From Candidatus Fermentibacterota bacterium (lineage in GTDB: Bacteria; Fermentibacterota; Fermentibacteria; Fermentibacterales; Fermentibacteraceae): a stretch of DNA of 64,000 nucleotides. This document shows positions 9,479 to 18,669 of the stretch, in pieces. The stretch lies in NCBI GenBank assembly GCA_963718745.1, contig OY970370.1:140821-204820 (forward strand), read 5' to 3'. A model generated the notes under the pieces. That model worked only from the letters and a program-made list of their open reading frames with translations, made no database searches and was not told the origin of the DNA. The first letter of the stretch is position 1. Each line of letters begins with the position of its first letter. Position numbers and translations under genes: made by a program.

Positions 9479-9745
9479 ATGTGTCTCGGTGTCCCCGGTG
9501 AGATAATCTCGACGAGCAGCTGCGATGATCCGATTCTCCGGACGGCACGCGTGAGCTTCGACGGTGTCCTGCGGGAGGTGTCGCTCGCAGGCATACCCGA
9601 GGCTTCAGTCGGTGATTTCGTGATCGTGCACGCCGGATTCGCGCTAACTCTCCTGGACAGGGCTCAGGCCGAGGAAGTGATCGGCTACCTGAGGGAGATG
9701 GGCGCAGTGATGCCGGCCGGTGCCCCCCGGAGCGGCACTCCATGA
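9479..9745 (+). CDS. hypC: Hydrogenase maturation chaperone HypC
   Basis: MCLGVPG start (ATG 9479 after GGAGG); VGDFVIVHAGFAL. Confidence 0.95.
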   Translation: MCLGVPGEIISTSSCDDPILRTARVSFDGVLREVSLAGIPEASVGDFVIVHAGFALTLLDRAQAEEVIGYLREMGAVMPAGAPRSGTP

Positions 9746-10848
9746 GATACCTCGAAGAGTTCAGGAACCCGGAAGCGGCCCGCGCTCTGGTCCGTGAGAT
9801 CTCCGATACCGTCACCCGCCCTTGGAGCGTGATGGAGGTCTGCGGCGGGCAGACCCATTCGATACTCCGCAACGGAATCGACACTCTGATGCCCGGGTGC
9901 GTGCGGCTGATACACGGACCCGGCTGCCCCGTATGCGTGACACCGGCTGTGCTGATAGACAAGGCTGCAGCCGTGGCATCCATCGAAGGCGTTACGCTCT
10001 GCACCTTCGGGGACATGCTCAGGGTCCCGGGCGGCAGGACGGACCTCCAGACCGCGAGGGCGGCGGGAGCCGACGTCAGGATGGTCTACTCTCCGATAGA
10101 CGCAGTTCGCCTGGCTGCCGCGGAACCTTCCAGGGAAATCGTCTTCTTCGCAGTGGGCTTCGAAACCACCGTCCCGGTCACGGCGACCGCCATCCTGCAG
10201 GCCGCGAGACTCGGGCTCTGCAACTTCTCCATGATAAACGCCCATGTCCGCGTTCCTCCGGTCCTGCATGCAGTCCTCTCCCGCCCATCGTGCGGCGTGA
10301 ACGGGATACTGGCGGCCGGGCACGTCTGCGCCGTCACCGGATACGAGGAATACGAGCCGATCGCTTCAGCTTACTCGGTACCGATGGTCGTCACGGGATT
10401 CGAGCCGGTGGACATCCTCCAGGGCATACTGATGTGCCTTCGCCAGCTCGAGTCCGGTTCGTGCGAGGTCGAGAACCAGTATGCCAGAGCCGTGCGCAGG
10501 ACCGGGAACCTGCAGGCGCTGGAGCTGATCTCCACGGTCTTCGAGCCTGCCGACAGGGAGTGGAGGGGGCTCGGCCTCATCCCGGGCGGCGGGTACGCCT
10601 TCAGAGAAGAATTCGACGGATTCGATGTGGAAGGCCGCTTCGACACGGGGGATACGTGTACCGGGGAACAGGAACCCGGCGACTGCATGAGCGCGCGGGT
10701 CCTGACCGGGGAGATACTGCCCCCGGAGTGCCCGGGCTTCGGGACCGGATGCACCCCCGAGCACCCGCTCGGCGCCCCCATGGTCTCCTCCGAGGGGGCC
10801 TGCGCCGCCTACCTCAGGTACAGGGGGGCTCGTGAACCACGATCCTGA
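9742..10848 (+). CDS. hypD: Hydrogenase formation protein HypD
   Basis: MEVCGGQTH, GPGCPVC, GFETT, CTPEHPLGAPMVSSEGACAAY. Confidence 0.97.
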   Translation: MRYLEEFRNPEAARALVREISDTVTRPWSVMEVCGGQTHSILRNGIDTLMPGCVRLIHGPGCPVCVTPAVLIDKAAAVASIEGVTLCTFGDMLRVPGGRTDLQTARAAGADVRMVYSPIDAVRLAAAEPSREIVFFAVGFETTVPVTATAILQAARLGLCNFSMINAHVRVPPVLHAVLSRPSCGVNGILAAGHVCAVTGYEEYEPIASAYSVPMVVTGFEPVDILQGILMCLRQLESGSCEVENQYARAVRRTGNLQALELISTVFEPADREWRGLGLIPGGGYAFREEFDGFDVEGRFDTGDTCTGEQEPGDCMSARVLTGEILPPECPGFGTGCTPEHPLGAPMVSSEGACAAYLRYRGAREPRS

Positions 10849-11890
10849 GAACCCCGCAGCCCTGACCTGCCCGCTTCCGCTGGAGGACGGACCAGGCGTG
10901 CTGCTGGCGCACGGCGGAGGCGGCACTCTCATGAGAAAGCTGATCGAGGAGTTCCTGGATGCCTTCGGCGCGCCACCTGCGCGTGACAGGCACGATGGAG
11001 CGGTCCTCGATCCCCGGGGCGGGCGCATCGCCTTCACGACCGACTCATTCGTGGTCAGACCACTCTTCTTCCCCGGAGGGGACATCGGCTCGCTTTCCGT
11101 GTTCGGCACGGTGAACGATCTGGCCATGTGCGGAGCCCGGCCTCTGTGGCTGAGCGTCGGGATGATCCTGGAAGAGGGCTTTCCGCTCGCGAAGCTGAGG
11201 GAGGTGACCGGATCCATCGCCTCATCAGCGGCTGCAGCCGGTGCGAGAGTGGTCACCGGGGACACGAAGGTAGTCGAGAAGGGGAAGTGCGACGGGATCT
11301 ACATAAACACGGCCGGGATAGGAGTGGTACCGAACGGTGTGGATGTGCGCCCGTCGAGGATAAGGCCGGGGGATGCGATAGTGGTGAACGGAGATCTCGG
11401 AAGGCATGGGATCACAATCATGACCCTGCGGGAGGGGATCTCCATCGAGGCGGGGATCGAGAGCGATCTCGCACCCCTGTCAGGCACCGTGGAGCGGATC
11501 GTACACGCCGGAATAGACATAAGGTGCATGCGCGATCTGACGAGGGGCGGCCTCGCCGCTGCTCTCTACGAGATCTCCTCCGATTCCGGACTGGACATGG
11601 ATGTCGACGAACCGTCGATTCCCGTCGACTCGAGGGTCCGGGCAGCATGCGAACTGCTGGGCTTCGACCCGGTGCATGTGGCAAACGAAGGCCGGTTCGT
11701 TGCCTTCGTACCGCCCGGCCAGGCCCGGGCTCTGATGGATGCCATGGCTGAACCGGGATCCCCGTTCCGTCCCTCCCTCATCGGCACCGTCAAGGAGGGA
11801 TCGGGGAGGGGCGTGATGCTGAGAAGTGCAATGGGAACCATGAGACCACTTTCGGTGTTGAGTGGTGAGCAGCTTCCGAGGATATGCTGA
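10832..11890 (+). CDS. hypE: Hydrogenase expression/formation protein HypE
   Basis: LAHGGGG, TTDSFVV, GTVNDLAM, DLTRGG, C-terminal LPRIC. Confidence 0.97.
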   Translation: MNHDPENPAALTCPLPLEDGPGVLLAHGGGGTLMRKLIEEFLDAFGAPPARDRHDGAVLDPRGGRIAFTTDSFVVRPLFFPGGDIGSLSVFGTVNDLAMCGARPLWLSVGMILEEGFPLAKLREVTGSIASSAAAAGARVVTGDTKVVEKGKCDGIYINTAGIGVVPNGVDVRPSRIRPGDAIVVNGDLGRHGITIMTLREGISIEAGIESDLAPLSGTVERIVHAGIDIRCMRDLTRGGLAAALYEISSDSGLDMDVDEPSIPVDSRVRAACELLGFDPVHVANEGRFVAFVPPGQARALMDAMAEPGSPFRPSLIGTVKEGSGRGVMLRSAMGTMRPLSVLSGEQLPRIC

Positions 11891-12023
11891 AACACTAGCC
11901 GGGAGCGCATCCATGAGTGTTCCGTCCGAACCGGCTCCGAAAAATTTTGTTCGTACAGCATCGACTGTGCGCTATTGGGTCTTCCGTTCCGATCACTTAT
12001 CATTAAGATAGGTATGCGAGCCG

Positions 12024-12050
12024 CCTTCCCATTGTGTGGAAGGTCTTTTT
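12024..12050 (+). terminator. Terminator-like hairpin with U-tract just upstream of the Roadblock/MglA operon
   Basis: CCTTCC-CATTGTGT-GGAAGG followed by TCTTTTT. Confidence 0.4.
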
Positions 12051-12077
12051 GTCACCCGGTATCTGGAGGTTGCTGAA

Positions 12078-12434
12078 GTGAGCGACACATCTCGTATCCT
12101 CAAGGAACTCGTAGAGGTCCAGGGCATCGAAGTGGCAGTCTGCGTCGGGCGTGATGGTTTCGTTATCGATGCCGCCTCCACCGGCAACGCTGATGCTGAT
12201 GCGATCGGTGCGATGGTCTCGACAGGCATGGGTTCCGCGGAAAGCGTCGGTCGCGAGCTGGGCGTCGGCGAGATGGCACAGGCCATGATGGAGTACGAGA
12301 AGGGCATCGTGGTTCTTTCGGCTCTGGGCACCGATGCCCTGCTGGCAGTCGTCGCCTCGAAGGACGCCAACCTCGGCAACGTCCGCCTTCAGGTGAAGCG
12401 TCGCACCATCGACCTGGAGAAGAGCCTCCGCTAG
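12078..12434 (+). CDS. Roadblock/LC7 domain protein (MglB/MglC-like)
   Basis: GTG after GGAGGT; LKELVEVQGIEVAVCVGRDGFVI..ADAIGAM..QAMMEYEKG..LLAVVASKDANLGNVRL. Confidence 0.88.
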   Translation: MSDTSRILKELVEVQGIEVAVCVGRDGFVIDAASTGNADADAIGAMVSTGMGSAESVGRELGVGEMAQAMMEYEKGIVVLSALGTDALLAVVASKDANLGNVRLQVKRRTIDLEKSLR

Positions 12435-12508
12435 ACAGACAGGCTCTTCGATCCCCGGGATCGCCGGTCTAGAAGGCCCGGACGAATTCGAAGGGAGTTC
12501 CAGGTCCT

Positions 12509-13018
12509 ATGAGAAGCGATCAGTCGAACCACAACAGCGGTATCCATTCCGAACTCGAAGAACTGATCAGATCCACCGGAGCGCTCATCAGCCTGCTGAT
12601 ATCGAGGGAAGGCGTCTGCCTGAGCCAGGCAGGGTCCCTGACCTCTCTCAACACGACTGCACTGGCCGCTCTGGTTGCGGGGATGTTCGCCGCCACGAAG
12701 GAAGTCGCCACCATAGTCGGAGAGAACCAGTTCTCCATCCTGCTGCAGCAGGGCGACAAGCGGCACATACACATCTCCCTCGTGGGCAAGCGTTCGATGA
12801 TGGTCATCGTCTTCGAGGACTACACCAGGATCGGCAGAGTGCGGATCGAGGCCAAGAAGGCCGGCGAGTCCATAGCCAGACTGCTCGACGCGCCGGTCGA
12901 GCGCGCTCCCGATGAGGATGGGGAGATCTACCTCCCCAGATTCAAGGAGTACGCCCTGAATCTTGTCGACAGGATCTTCAGGGTAGACGAAGAGGAAGAT
13001 GGCGCACATCAGCTCTGA
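12509..13018 (+). CDS. mglB: MglB-like Roadblock protein (GAP/partner of MglA)
   Basis: LLISREGVCL, TALAALVAGMFAATKEVATIVGENQFSILLQQG..IHIS..IGRVR; overlaps mglA. Confidence 0.85.
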   Translation: MRSDQSNHNSGIHSELEELIRSTGALISLLISREGVCLSQAGSLTSLNTTALAALVAGMFAATKEVATIVGENQFSILLQQGDKRHIHISLVGKRSMMVIVFEDYTRIGRVRIEAKKAGESIARLLDAPVERAPDEDGEIYLPRFKEYALNLVDRIFRVDEEEDGAHQL

Positions 13019-13580
13019 GAACCAGCAGATCGTCTTCAAACTCGTCTATTTCGGACCCGGGATGAGCGGCAAGACTACGAATCTCCACTGGATCCACGCG
13101 CAGCTCGCCGAGAAGTACAGAGGGGAGCTCCTGGTGCTCGATACCGAGAGGGAGAGGACTCTCTTCTTCGACTTCTTCCCGGTATCCCTGGGCAAGGTCG
13201 AGAACTACGCGATCAAGTTCCACCTCTATACGATCCCGGGGCAGATACACTACGAAGCGAGCAGGCGCCTCATCCTCGAAGGGGCTGACGGCGTGGCTTT
13301 CGTCGCAGACTCCCGCACCGGCCATCTCGAGAAGAACCTGCAGAGCTACAGGATGATGATCGACAACATGAGGGATCTCAGGATTCCCGTGGAGAACTTC
13401 CCGATCGTCCTGCAGTACAACAAGCGGGACCTCGTGCCGGTGCTCGAGCTGGGCAGCATCGAGAGGGAACTCGAACTGAGCGGGATCCCCGTCGTGGAAG
13501 CCGTTGCTTCCGAGGGCAGGGGAGTCATGCAGACACTGCGGATGCTCAGCATGGAAGTCATAAGGAAGTTTCAGATGTAG
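12999..13580 (+). CDS. mglA: MglA-family small Ras-like GTPase
   Basis: KLVYFGPGMSGKTTNL (G1), ERTLFFDF (switch I with intrinsic Arg), YTIPGQ (G3), GADGVAFVADS, QYNKRD (G4). Confidence 0.93.
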   Translation: MAHISSENQQIVFKLVYFGPGMSGKTTNLHWIHAQLAEKYRGELLVLDTERERTLFFDFFPVSLGKVENYAIKFHLYTIPGQIHYEASRRLILEGADGVAFVADSRTGHLEKNLQSYRMMIDNMRDLRIPVENFPIVLQYNKRDLVPVLELGSIERELELSGIPVVEAVASEGRGVMQTLRMLSMEVIRKFQM

Positions 13581-13625
13581 CTCCCCAATCGGCGCCACGC
13601 GAAGGCGCCAGACGTTTGGATTGGA

Positions 13626-14327
13626 ATGGCTCTCAAAGGAACGTTGAGCGATCTCGGGCTGGTCACTCTCCTCCAGTTCCCGAACTCCAGCCGGAGATCC
13701 GGTCTACTCACGATAACCGTCGACAACAGGCAGGCCAGCCTGTACTACGTCGACGGGAACCTCGTCCACGCAACGCTGGACAATCTTTCCGGCCAGCAGG
13801 TCCTGGTCGAGATGGTCGACTGGAAGGACGGCACCTTCTCCTTCGAGACCGGGATCACCACGGACGAGGTGACGATCAAGAAGGATCTCCACAGGCTCAT
13901 CATGTGGGCACTCAAGGAGCGCGACGAGATCAAGAAGGCGCAGTCGGAGGCCCAGCAGAACGCCCTCCAGCACACCGACGGCCATATCTTCGAGCAGGTG
14001 CTGAGGGACTTCGTGGCATCCTCCCCGAGCCACCTCTGGGCAAGCGTCATAGACTCGTCGGGCGTGATCATCGCAAGATCGGACCTGCCCAGCGACCTGT
14101 CGGAGATCGCCCCCGTGATCGTCAAATGCGTGTCCGCCTTCGTGAACTCATACCCTGGCGGAGCCCCCGACAGAGTGATCATCGAAGACGGATCCAGGAC
14201 CCTGGGTCTGATGTCCATCGACAAGAAGCTCGTCCTCCTTACCGTGGTGAAGCCGGACACGAAGATCGGCCTCATGTGCATCGCCACGAGCAGGCTTCTG
14301 GAAAGTGTGCGCAAGAAGGAGCAGTGA
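13626..14327 (+). CDS. DUF4388 (PatA-N-like) domain fused to a Roadblock-like domain
   Basis: MALKGTLSDLGLVTLLQF..SGLLTI..LYYVDGNLVHA..WKDGTFSF is DUF4388-type; C-terminus WASVIDSSGVIIA..DRVIIED..LVLLTVVKPDTKIGLM resembles Roadblock. Confidence 0.8.
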   Translation: MALKGTLSDLGLVTLLQFPNSSRRSGLLTITVDNRQASLYYVDGNLVHATLDNLSGQQVLVEMVDWKDGTFSFETGITTDEVTIKKDLHRLIMWALKERDEIKKAQSEAQQNALQHTDGHIFEQVLRDFVASSPSHLWASVIDSSGVIIARSDLPSDLSEIAPVIVKCVSAFVNSYPGGAPDRVIIEDGSRTLGLMSIDKKLVLLTVVKPDTKIGLMCIATSRLLESVRKKEQ

Positions 14328-15766
14328 TGCCGGGAGAATCTGAAATGGCGCGGATCCCGTTCGAGGAGTTCCTCAGGATCTGTACCGATTCAGGGCTGAT
14401 TGCAGAGGATACGTCCAGGCTGATACACAACTTCGCAAGGGCGCTCGGTGGCGTCGGCAGCGTTCCGCGGGTCTCCGGAGACCAGGCCGAGAGGCTCCAG
14501 AGTTTCGAGACCATCCTCTCGTTCGATTATCCCGAGAATCTGACCTTCGACAATTATGTGACCACCGAGGAGAACTACTACACCTGCGAGATCCTCCGCA
14601 CGGTCGCCTTCATCCCCAGGATCTGGAAGGCCATAGCACCAGTCTTCATCCATGCCCCGACAGGCCAGGGCAAGACGCACCTCCTCGCGGCCACGAAGAA
14701 CGCTACTTCCCGCAAGGCGCTCCTGATAAACACCCTCGACCTCGAAACCGAGCACCAGCATGCGAGGAGCGCCGGCAGGGAGCGCGAGCTCAGGGACTGG
14801 ATGATCCAGCACGACCTCATCCTCATCGACGACATCCAGTTCGCCCGGGGCAACCACGGCTTCGAGAAGTTCATCATCTCCGTGATGAACAGGATGCCGC
14901 GCGAATCCCATGGCCTGGTGATCTCGTCGGACGTCGAGCCTTCCAAGCTCTCCGGGCTCGATGCGTCACTCCTCTCGCGCCTGATGTCGGGCATCACGAT
15001 AAAGCTCGAGATCGTGAACAAGAAGGGCCGGACGGAGATACTGGAGCAGTTCTTCAATTATACGGGCATGAATCTCAACGACGACGTCGTGGACTACCTC
15101 GCCGACACCTTCACCAGCAACGTCAGGCAGCTCAAGGCTGCTGCGCGCATGGTCCTCGCCAGAGTTCTCGGAACCGGCAACGCGATGACGGTTGAATCCA
15201 CGAGGACCCTTCTCGGCTTCATGACCGAGGGCATCAAGACCGAGTCCTTCACGGAGGAGGAACTGCTCTCGACCGACAGCGATCGGTCCGAATACATCGT
15301 GGTGGAGGTCGAGGAGGAACCGGACAAGAAGCGGCGGGGTTCCGGAAAGCAGCCGTTCGTCATCGAACCGGTCCGAACTGATGCAAGGCGTTCTATTCCT
15401 GACTCGCCTGCGCCGGTCGAAGAGGCTCAGGCCCCGCGGGCTGCAAGAGAGGGTGTTCCGCAGACCGCAGCCAGGAGGGTGCCGGCAGCGGCACCGGCTC
15501 CTGTGCGGGAACCCGAACCCGTCGAGCAGCTGCCTGTGGTCCCTCCGCGTTCGGGGCGCAAGTCCGCGAGCAAGTACAGGGAGATGCTCGCCTCGGCCGA
15601 TACGGTCGAGAAGCAGACAGAGGCTCTCCGCATGGCTGTGAGCGAGAGGATAAGGCAGCTGACCGAGTCCGGGGCTGACAACATCGAGATAGGGAGGCTC
15701 CAGGTGACGCTGAAGTTCCTCGAGAGAGGCGACCTGGAATCTGCCATGCTCTCTTTGAAGACGTGA
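14327..15766 (+). CDS. DnaA/Hda-like AAA+ ATPase lacking domain IV, with Pro/Ala-rich linker and helical tail
   Basis: ATG overlaps upstream TGA; TFDNYV, PVFIHAPTGQGKTHLL (Walker A), LILIDDIQF (Walker B), LVISSD, LLSRL (Arg finger), SNVRQL (sensor II). Confidence 0.85.
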   Translation: MPGESEMARIPFEEFLRICTDSGLIAEDTSRLIHNFARALGGVGSVPRVSGDQAERLQSFETILSFDYPENLTFDNYVTTEENYYTCEILRTVAFIPRIWKAIAPVFIHAPTGQGKTHLLAATKNATSRKALLINTLDLETEHQHARSAGRERELRDWMIQHDLILIDDIQFARGNHGFEKFIISVMNRMPRESHGLVISSDVEPSKLSGLDASLLSRLMSGITIKLEIVNKKGRTEILEQFFNYTGMNLNDDVVDYLADTFTSNVRQLKAAARMVLARVLGTGNAMTVESTRTLLGFMTEGIKTESFTEEELLSTDSDRSEYIVVEVEEEPDKKRRGSGKQPFVIEPVRTDARRSIPDSPAPVEEAQAPRAAREGVPQTAARRVPAAAPAPVREPEPVEQLPVVPPRSGRKSASKYREMLASADTVEKQTEALRMAVSERIRQLTESGADNIEIGRLQVTLKFLERGDLESAMLSLKT

Positions 15767-15796
15767 TTCGAGAAAAGGTCCAGGATCGAAGCGAGG

Positions 15797-16321
15797 ATGG
15801 AAGGAGATCGTATGCTCAAGGCAGCCGACGCAGATCTCTCCAGATTCCACGGTGTCGCCTACTTGCTGGGAGCATTGGCGCACGCATCGGAATTGAATCT
15901 GGGGAAGAGCGCTCTCTCGATCTGCATGCTCGCCGGCAAGAAGTTCGGCAGAGAGGCAGTCGAAGGGGCGAAACAGACGGATGACCTGACCGAGGCTGTC
16001 GGGTTGTTGAACGATGCCCTGGCAAAACGCGGGATCGTATGGCAGTTCGAGCCTTTCAAGGGCGAATCGGACAACCTGATCCAGGACCGCGACGGCAAGA
16101 AGGTCATGAGACTCTCCTTCGGGACCTGCATGGTCCGCAATGCTCTCTTCAGGTATGCGCACGAGCAGAAGCAGTCCCTCTGCTACATGGCGCACGGCGT
16201 CTTCGCGGGGGCTATGGAGACGATCATGCCCGGGAAGGTCGTACATCTGGAGATCCTGCACGCAGGCCCGAACGGCTGCCTCAAGGAAATGATCGTGGAG
16301 GAGGCCAGGAATGAAGGCTAG
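15797..16321 (+). CDS. V4R-like (4-vinyl reductase/hydrocarbon-binding fold) protein
   Basis: AGKKFGRE helix; CMVR..LCYMAHGVFAGAM..AGPNGC Cys pattern; start may be ATG 15812 after AAGGAG. Confidence 0.7.
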   Translation: MEGDRMLKAADADLSRFHGVAYLLGALAHASELNLGKSALSICMLAGKKFGREAVEGAKQTDDLTEAVGLLNDALAKRGIVWQFEPFKGESDNLIQDRDGKKVMRLSFGTCMVRNALFRYAHEQKQSLCYMAHGVFAGAMETIMPGKVVHLEILHAGPNGCLKEMIVEEARNEG

Positions 16322-17231
16322 GGTTTCCACGGAATGGCTCTCAGGATGCTCCGGATGCCATGTGGCGATCGTCGATCTCCACGAGAAGCTGCTCAACCTC
16401 GTTGATGACGTCGAATTCGTACGGGTTCCCGTGCTCATGGACGAGAAGGGCTATCCCAAGGCGGATGTCGGGATCGTCGAAGGCGCGGTGAGGAGCGAGC
16501 ACGACAGGCACGCCCTCCTGAAGATGCGGGAGAGCTGCAAGAAGCTCCTTGCCTTCGGGACCTGCGCCGTCTACGGAGGCCCGTCGGGGCTGGGATGGCT
16601 CCACGGGAGCGACTCGATCCTTGCCAAGACTTACGGGGGCAATGTTTCCGACGCGAAGGGCTCGGTGGCTCCGACTCTCGCTCCGAAGCTGGAGGAGAGC
16701 GTCACCCCGATCGACGAAGTGGTAGACATAGACATGTATCTCGCGGGATGCCCGCCGCATCCCTTCTACATCGCCAGCGCGCTCCGGGAGCTGCTCGGCT
16801 CCGAGAGCATCCCCCTCACATCCAAGACCGTCTGCTCGGAGTGCGGCCGCAGGATGAAGAAGGCGGAGGGAGTGAAGCTCCACATGGGCGAAGTGACCGC
16901 CTCTGACCAGGAGACATGCTTCCTGAGCCAGGGCGTCGTGTGCCTCGGGAGCGTCACGCTGAACAGATGCAAGTCCCAGTGCCCCAACAAGGGCGTAGCC
17001 TGCGCGGGATGCGCCGGCCCGTCCATGGACCTGATGATCGAGCCGCATCTGGACATCAGAGGCCTGGTGGCGAAGAGGATGAGCTTGCTGACCGGCATCC
17101 CGGAGAAGGAGATAAGCGACTACATACAGCGTGATGCCAAGACCTTCTACGCTTATGCGCTCTCCTCCCCGGTGATGTACGGGAAACCCACGGTCGAGCT
17201 GCGCGAGTGGGCGGCGGAGGTCGGAAAGTGA
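16311..17231 (+). CDS. mvhG: Group 3c-like [NiFe]-hydrogenase small subunit (MvhG-like)
   Basis: WLSGCSGC, VEGAV, FGTCAVYGG, GCPP; retains medial/distal cluster Cys (TVCSEC, CFLSQGVVCLG, CKSQC, CAGCAGP); 306 aa. Confidence 0.85.
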   Translation: MKARVSTEWLSGCSGCHVAIVDLHEKLLNLVDDVEFVRVPVLMDEKGYPKADVGIVEGAVRSEHDRHALLKMRESCKKLLAFGTCAVYGGPSGLGWLHGSDSILAKTYGGNVSDAKGSVAPTLAPKLEESVTPIDEVVDIDMYLAGCPPHPFYIASALRELLGSESIPLTSKTVCSECGRRMKKAEGVKLHMGEVTASDQETCFLSQGVVCLGSVTLNRCKSQCPNKGVACAGCAGPSMDLMIEPHLDIRGLVAKRMSLLTGIPEKEISDYIQRDAKTFYAYALSSPVMYGKPTVELREWAAEVGK

Positions 17232-17268
17232 AGCATTCCTGTCCGATTCACTACCCGGGAGAGGCAAA

Positions 17269-18669
17269 ATGAAGAAAGTAATAGTGGATCCGGTCACCCG
17301 GATAGAAGGTCATGCACGGATCGTGCTCGACATCGACGATGCAGGCAAAGTGGGCAAGGGACACCTCCAGGTCCTCGAGATAAGGGGTTTCGAGAAGCTC
17401 CTCGAGAACATGGAGCTGTTCAAGATGCCCCTCATCACCGGCAGGATCTGCGGTGTGTGCCCGGCGGCCCATCACGTGGCGTCCGTGGTCGCAATCGAGA
17501 CCGGACTGGGCGCGAAGATCCCGAAGGACGCAGCCCTGCTCCGCGAACTCATGTACATGGGCCACATCCTCCACTCCCATGCCCTGAGCACTTTCGTGCT
17601 GACCGGTCCGGACGTGTTCGGCGGGATAGGTGCGAAGCCGGTTGACAGGAACGTCTTCGCCCTTCTCAAGCTCGATCCGGAGACGATCAAGAAGGTGCTG
17701 CGGCTCCGAAGCATAGGCCAGAAGACGGTCGAGATAGTCGGCGGCAGGGGAGTGCATCCGATCACCTCCATCCCCGGCGGTCTGGCAAGCCGGCCCACGA
17801 AGGAGGAGATCGCCTCCATCGCACAGTGGGGCGACGAGGCTCTGGGCATTCTCGAGGCCATAGCGCCGGTCTTCGGGAAGAAGCTGGCCGAACTCGAAGA
17901 CCTGCGCGAGCCCGCCGTGCTCGATTTCATGCCGGCGGCCCTCAGCGACAAGGGTGCCGTCGCCTTCTGGAACGCACCCTGCGTGGTGAAGAACCGCGAT
18001 GGCAGCGAGGAGAGATCCTTCCCTGCCGAGAAGTACGCGGACAACTTCGTGGAGCACGTTGCGGACGACTCCTACATGAAGTCCGTCACCCTGAGCGGGA
18101 AGCCGGAAGGAAACTTCTTCGTCGGCCCTCTGGCCAGGTGCCTGGTCAACGACAGGTTCTCCTCGCCGAAGGCGACCGCCCTGCTCGGAGAGTTCCGCTC
18201 GAAGCCCAGGAACTCCGCGCTCGACAACATGGAGGCCAGGCTTGTGGAGGCCGTTCACTCGGCCGAGCGCCTCAGCATGATAGCCGGCTCGGAACTCGGT
18301 GACGGCCCGCTCCGGGTCGAACTCCACCCCAAGGCCGGCAGGTACATCGGAATGGTCGAGGCTCCTCGCGGGATACTGATCCATGACTTCACAGCGGACG
18401 ACGCGGGCCGGATCACCTCTGCCAACCTGATAGTGGCGACGCAGAACAACTACGATGCGATCGACAGGGCCATCACCGGCCTCGCAGGCTACCTGGCTCC
18501 CGGCGGAGACGACGAGAAGCTGATGAACGGCGTCGAGTTCGCCCTGAGGTGCTTCGATCCCTGCCTGGCATGCGCCACTCACGCAGCCGGGAGGATGCCC
18601 GTCGAGATAGAGATCAGGCGCGAAGGCACCACGGTGAGGACTCTGTCCAGGGGGGAGGTCCGGTCGTGA
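17269..18669 (+). CDS. mvhA: Group 3c-like [NiFe]-hydrogenase large subunit (MvhA-like)
   Basis: PVTRIEGH, RGFE, L1 RICGVC, HSHAL, GPD, VHP..PGG, EAPRG, L2 DPCLACATH followed by a cleavable C-terminal extension. Confidence 0.92.
   Translation: MKKVIVDPVTRIEGHARIVLDIDDAGKVGKGHLQVLEIRGFEKLLENMELFKMPLITGRICGVCPAAHHVASVVAIETGLGAKIPKDAALLRELMYMGHILHSHALSTFVLTGPDVFGGIGAKPVDRNVFALLKLDPETIKKVLRLRSIGQKTVEIVGGRGVHPITSIPGGLASRPTKEEIASIAQWGDEALGILEAIAPVFGKKLAELEDLREPAVLDFMPAALSDKGAVAFWNAPCVVKNRDGSEERSFPAEKYADNFVEHVADDSYMKSVTLSGKPEGNFFVGPLARCLVNDRFSSPKATALLGEFRSKPRNSALDNMEARLVEAVHSAERLSMIAGSELGDGPLRVELHPKAGRYIGMVEAPRGILIHDFTADDAGRITSANLIVATQNNYDAIDRAITGLAGYLAPGGDDEKLMNGVEFALRCFDPCLACATHAAGRMPVEIEIRREGTTVRTLSRGEVRS

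Noticed and set aside
12497-12507. Extra short matches to the type L repeat (AGTTCCAGGTC here, GTTCCAGGTT at 34274)
   Set aside because: Only 10-11 bp with no TTGAAA half; compatible with chance
13616-15766. 716-aa ORF as a single protein
   Set aside because: The first 237 codons are an Arg/Pro-rich shadow frame over the DUF4388 gene; the real gene starts at the ATG overlapping its stop (14327)
14327-15766. Chromosomal dnaA/oriC locus
   Set aside because: No domain IV, no dnaN/recF/gyrB context, and no TTATCCACA box cluster noticed
16311-18669. Group 3d HoxYH or group 3b sulfhydrogenase
   Set aside because: Small subunit is 306 aa with extra cluster ligands (HoxY is much shorter) and no diaphorase or beta/gamma subunits are adjacent; 3c-like call preferred pending phylogeny
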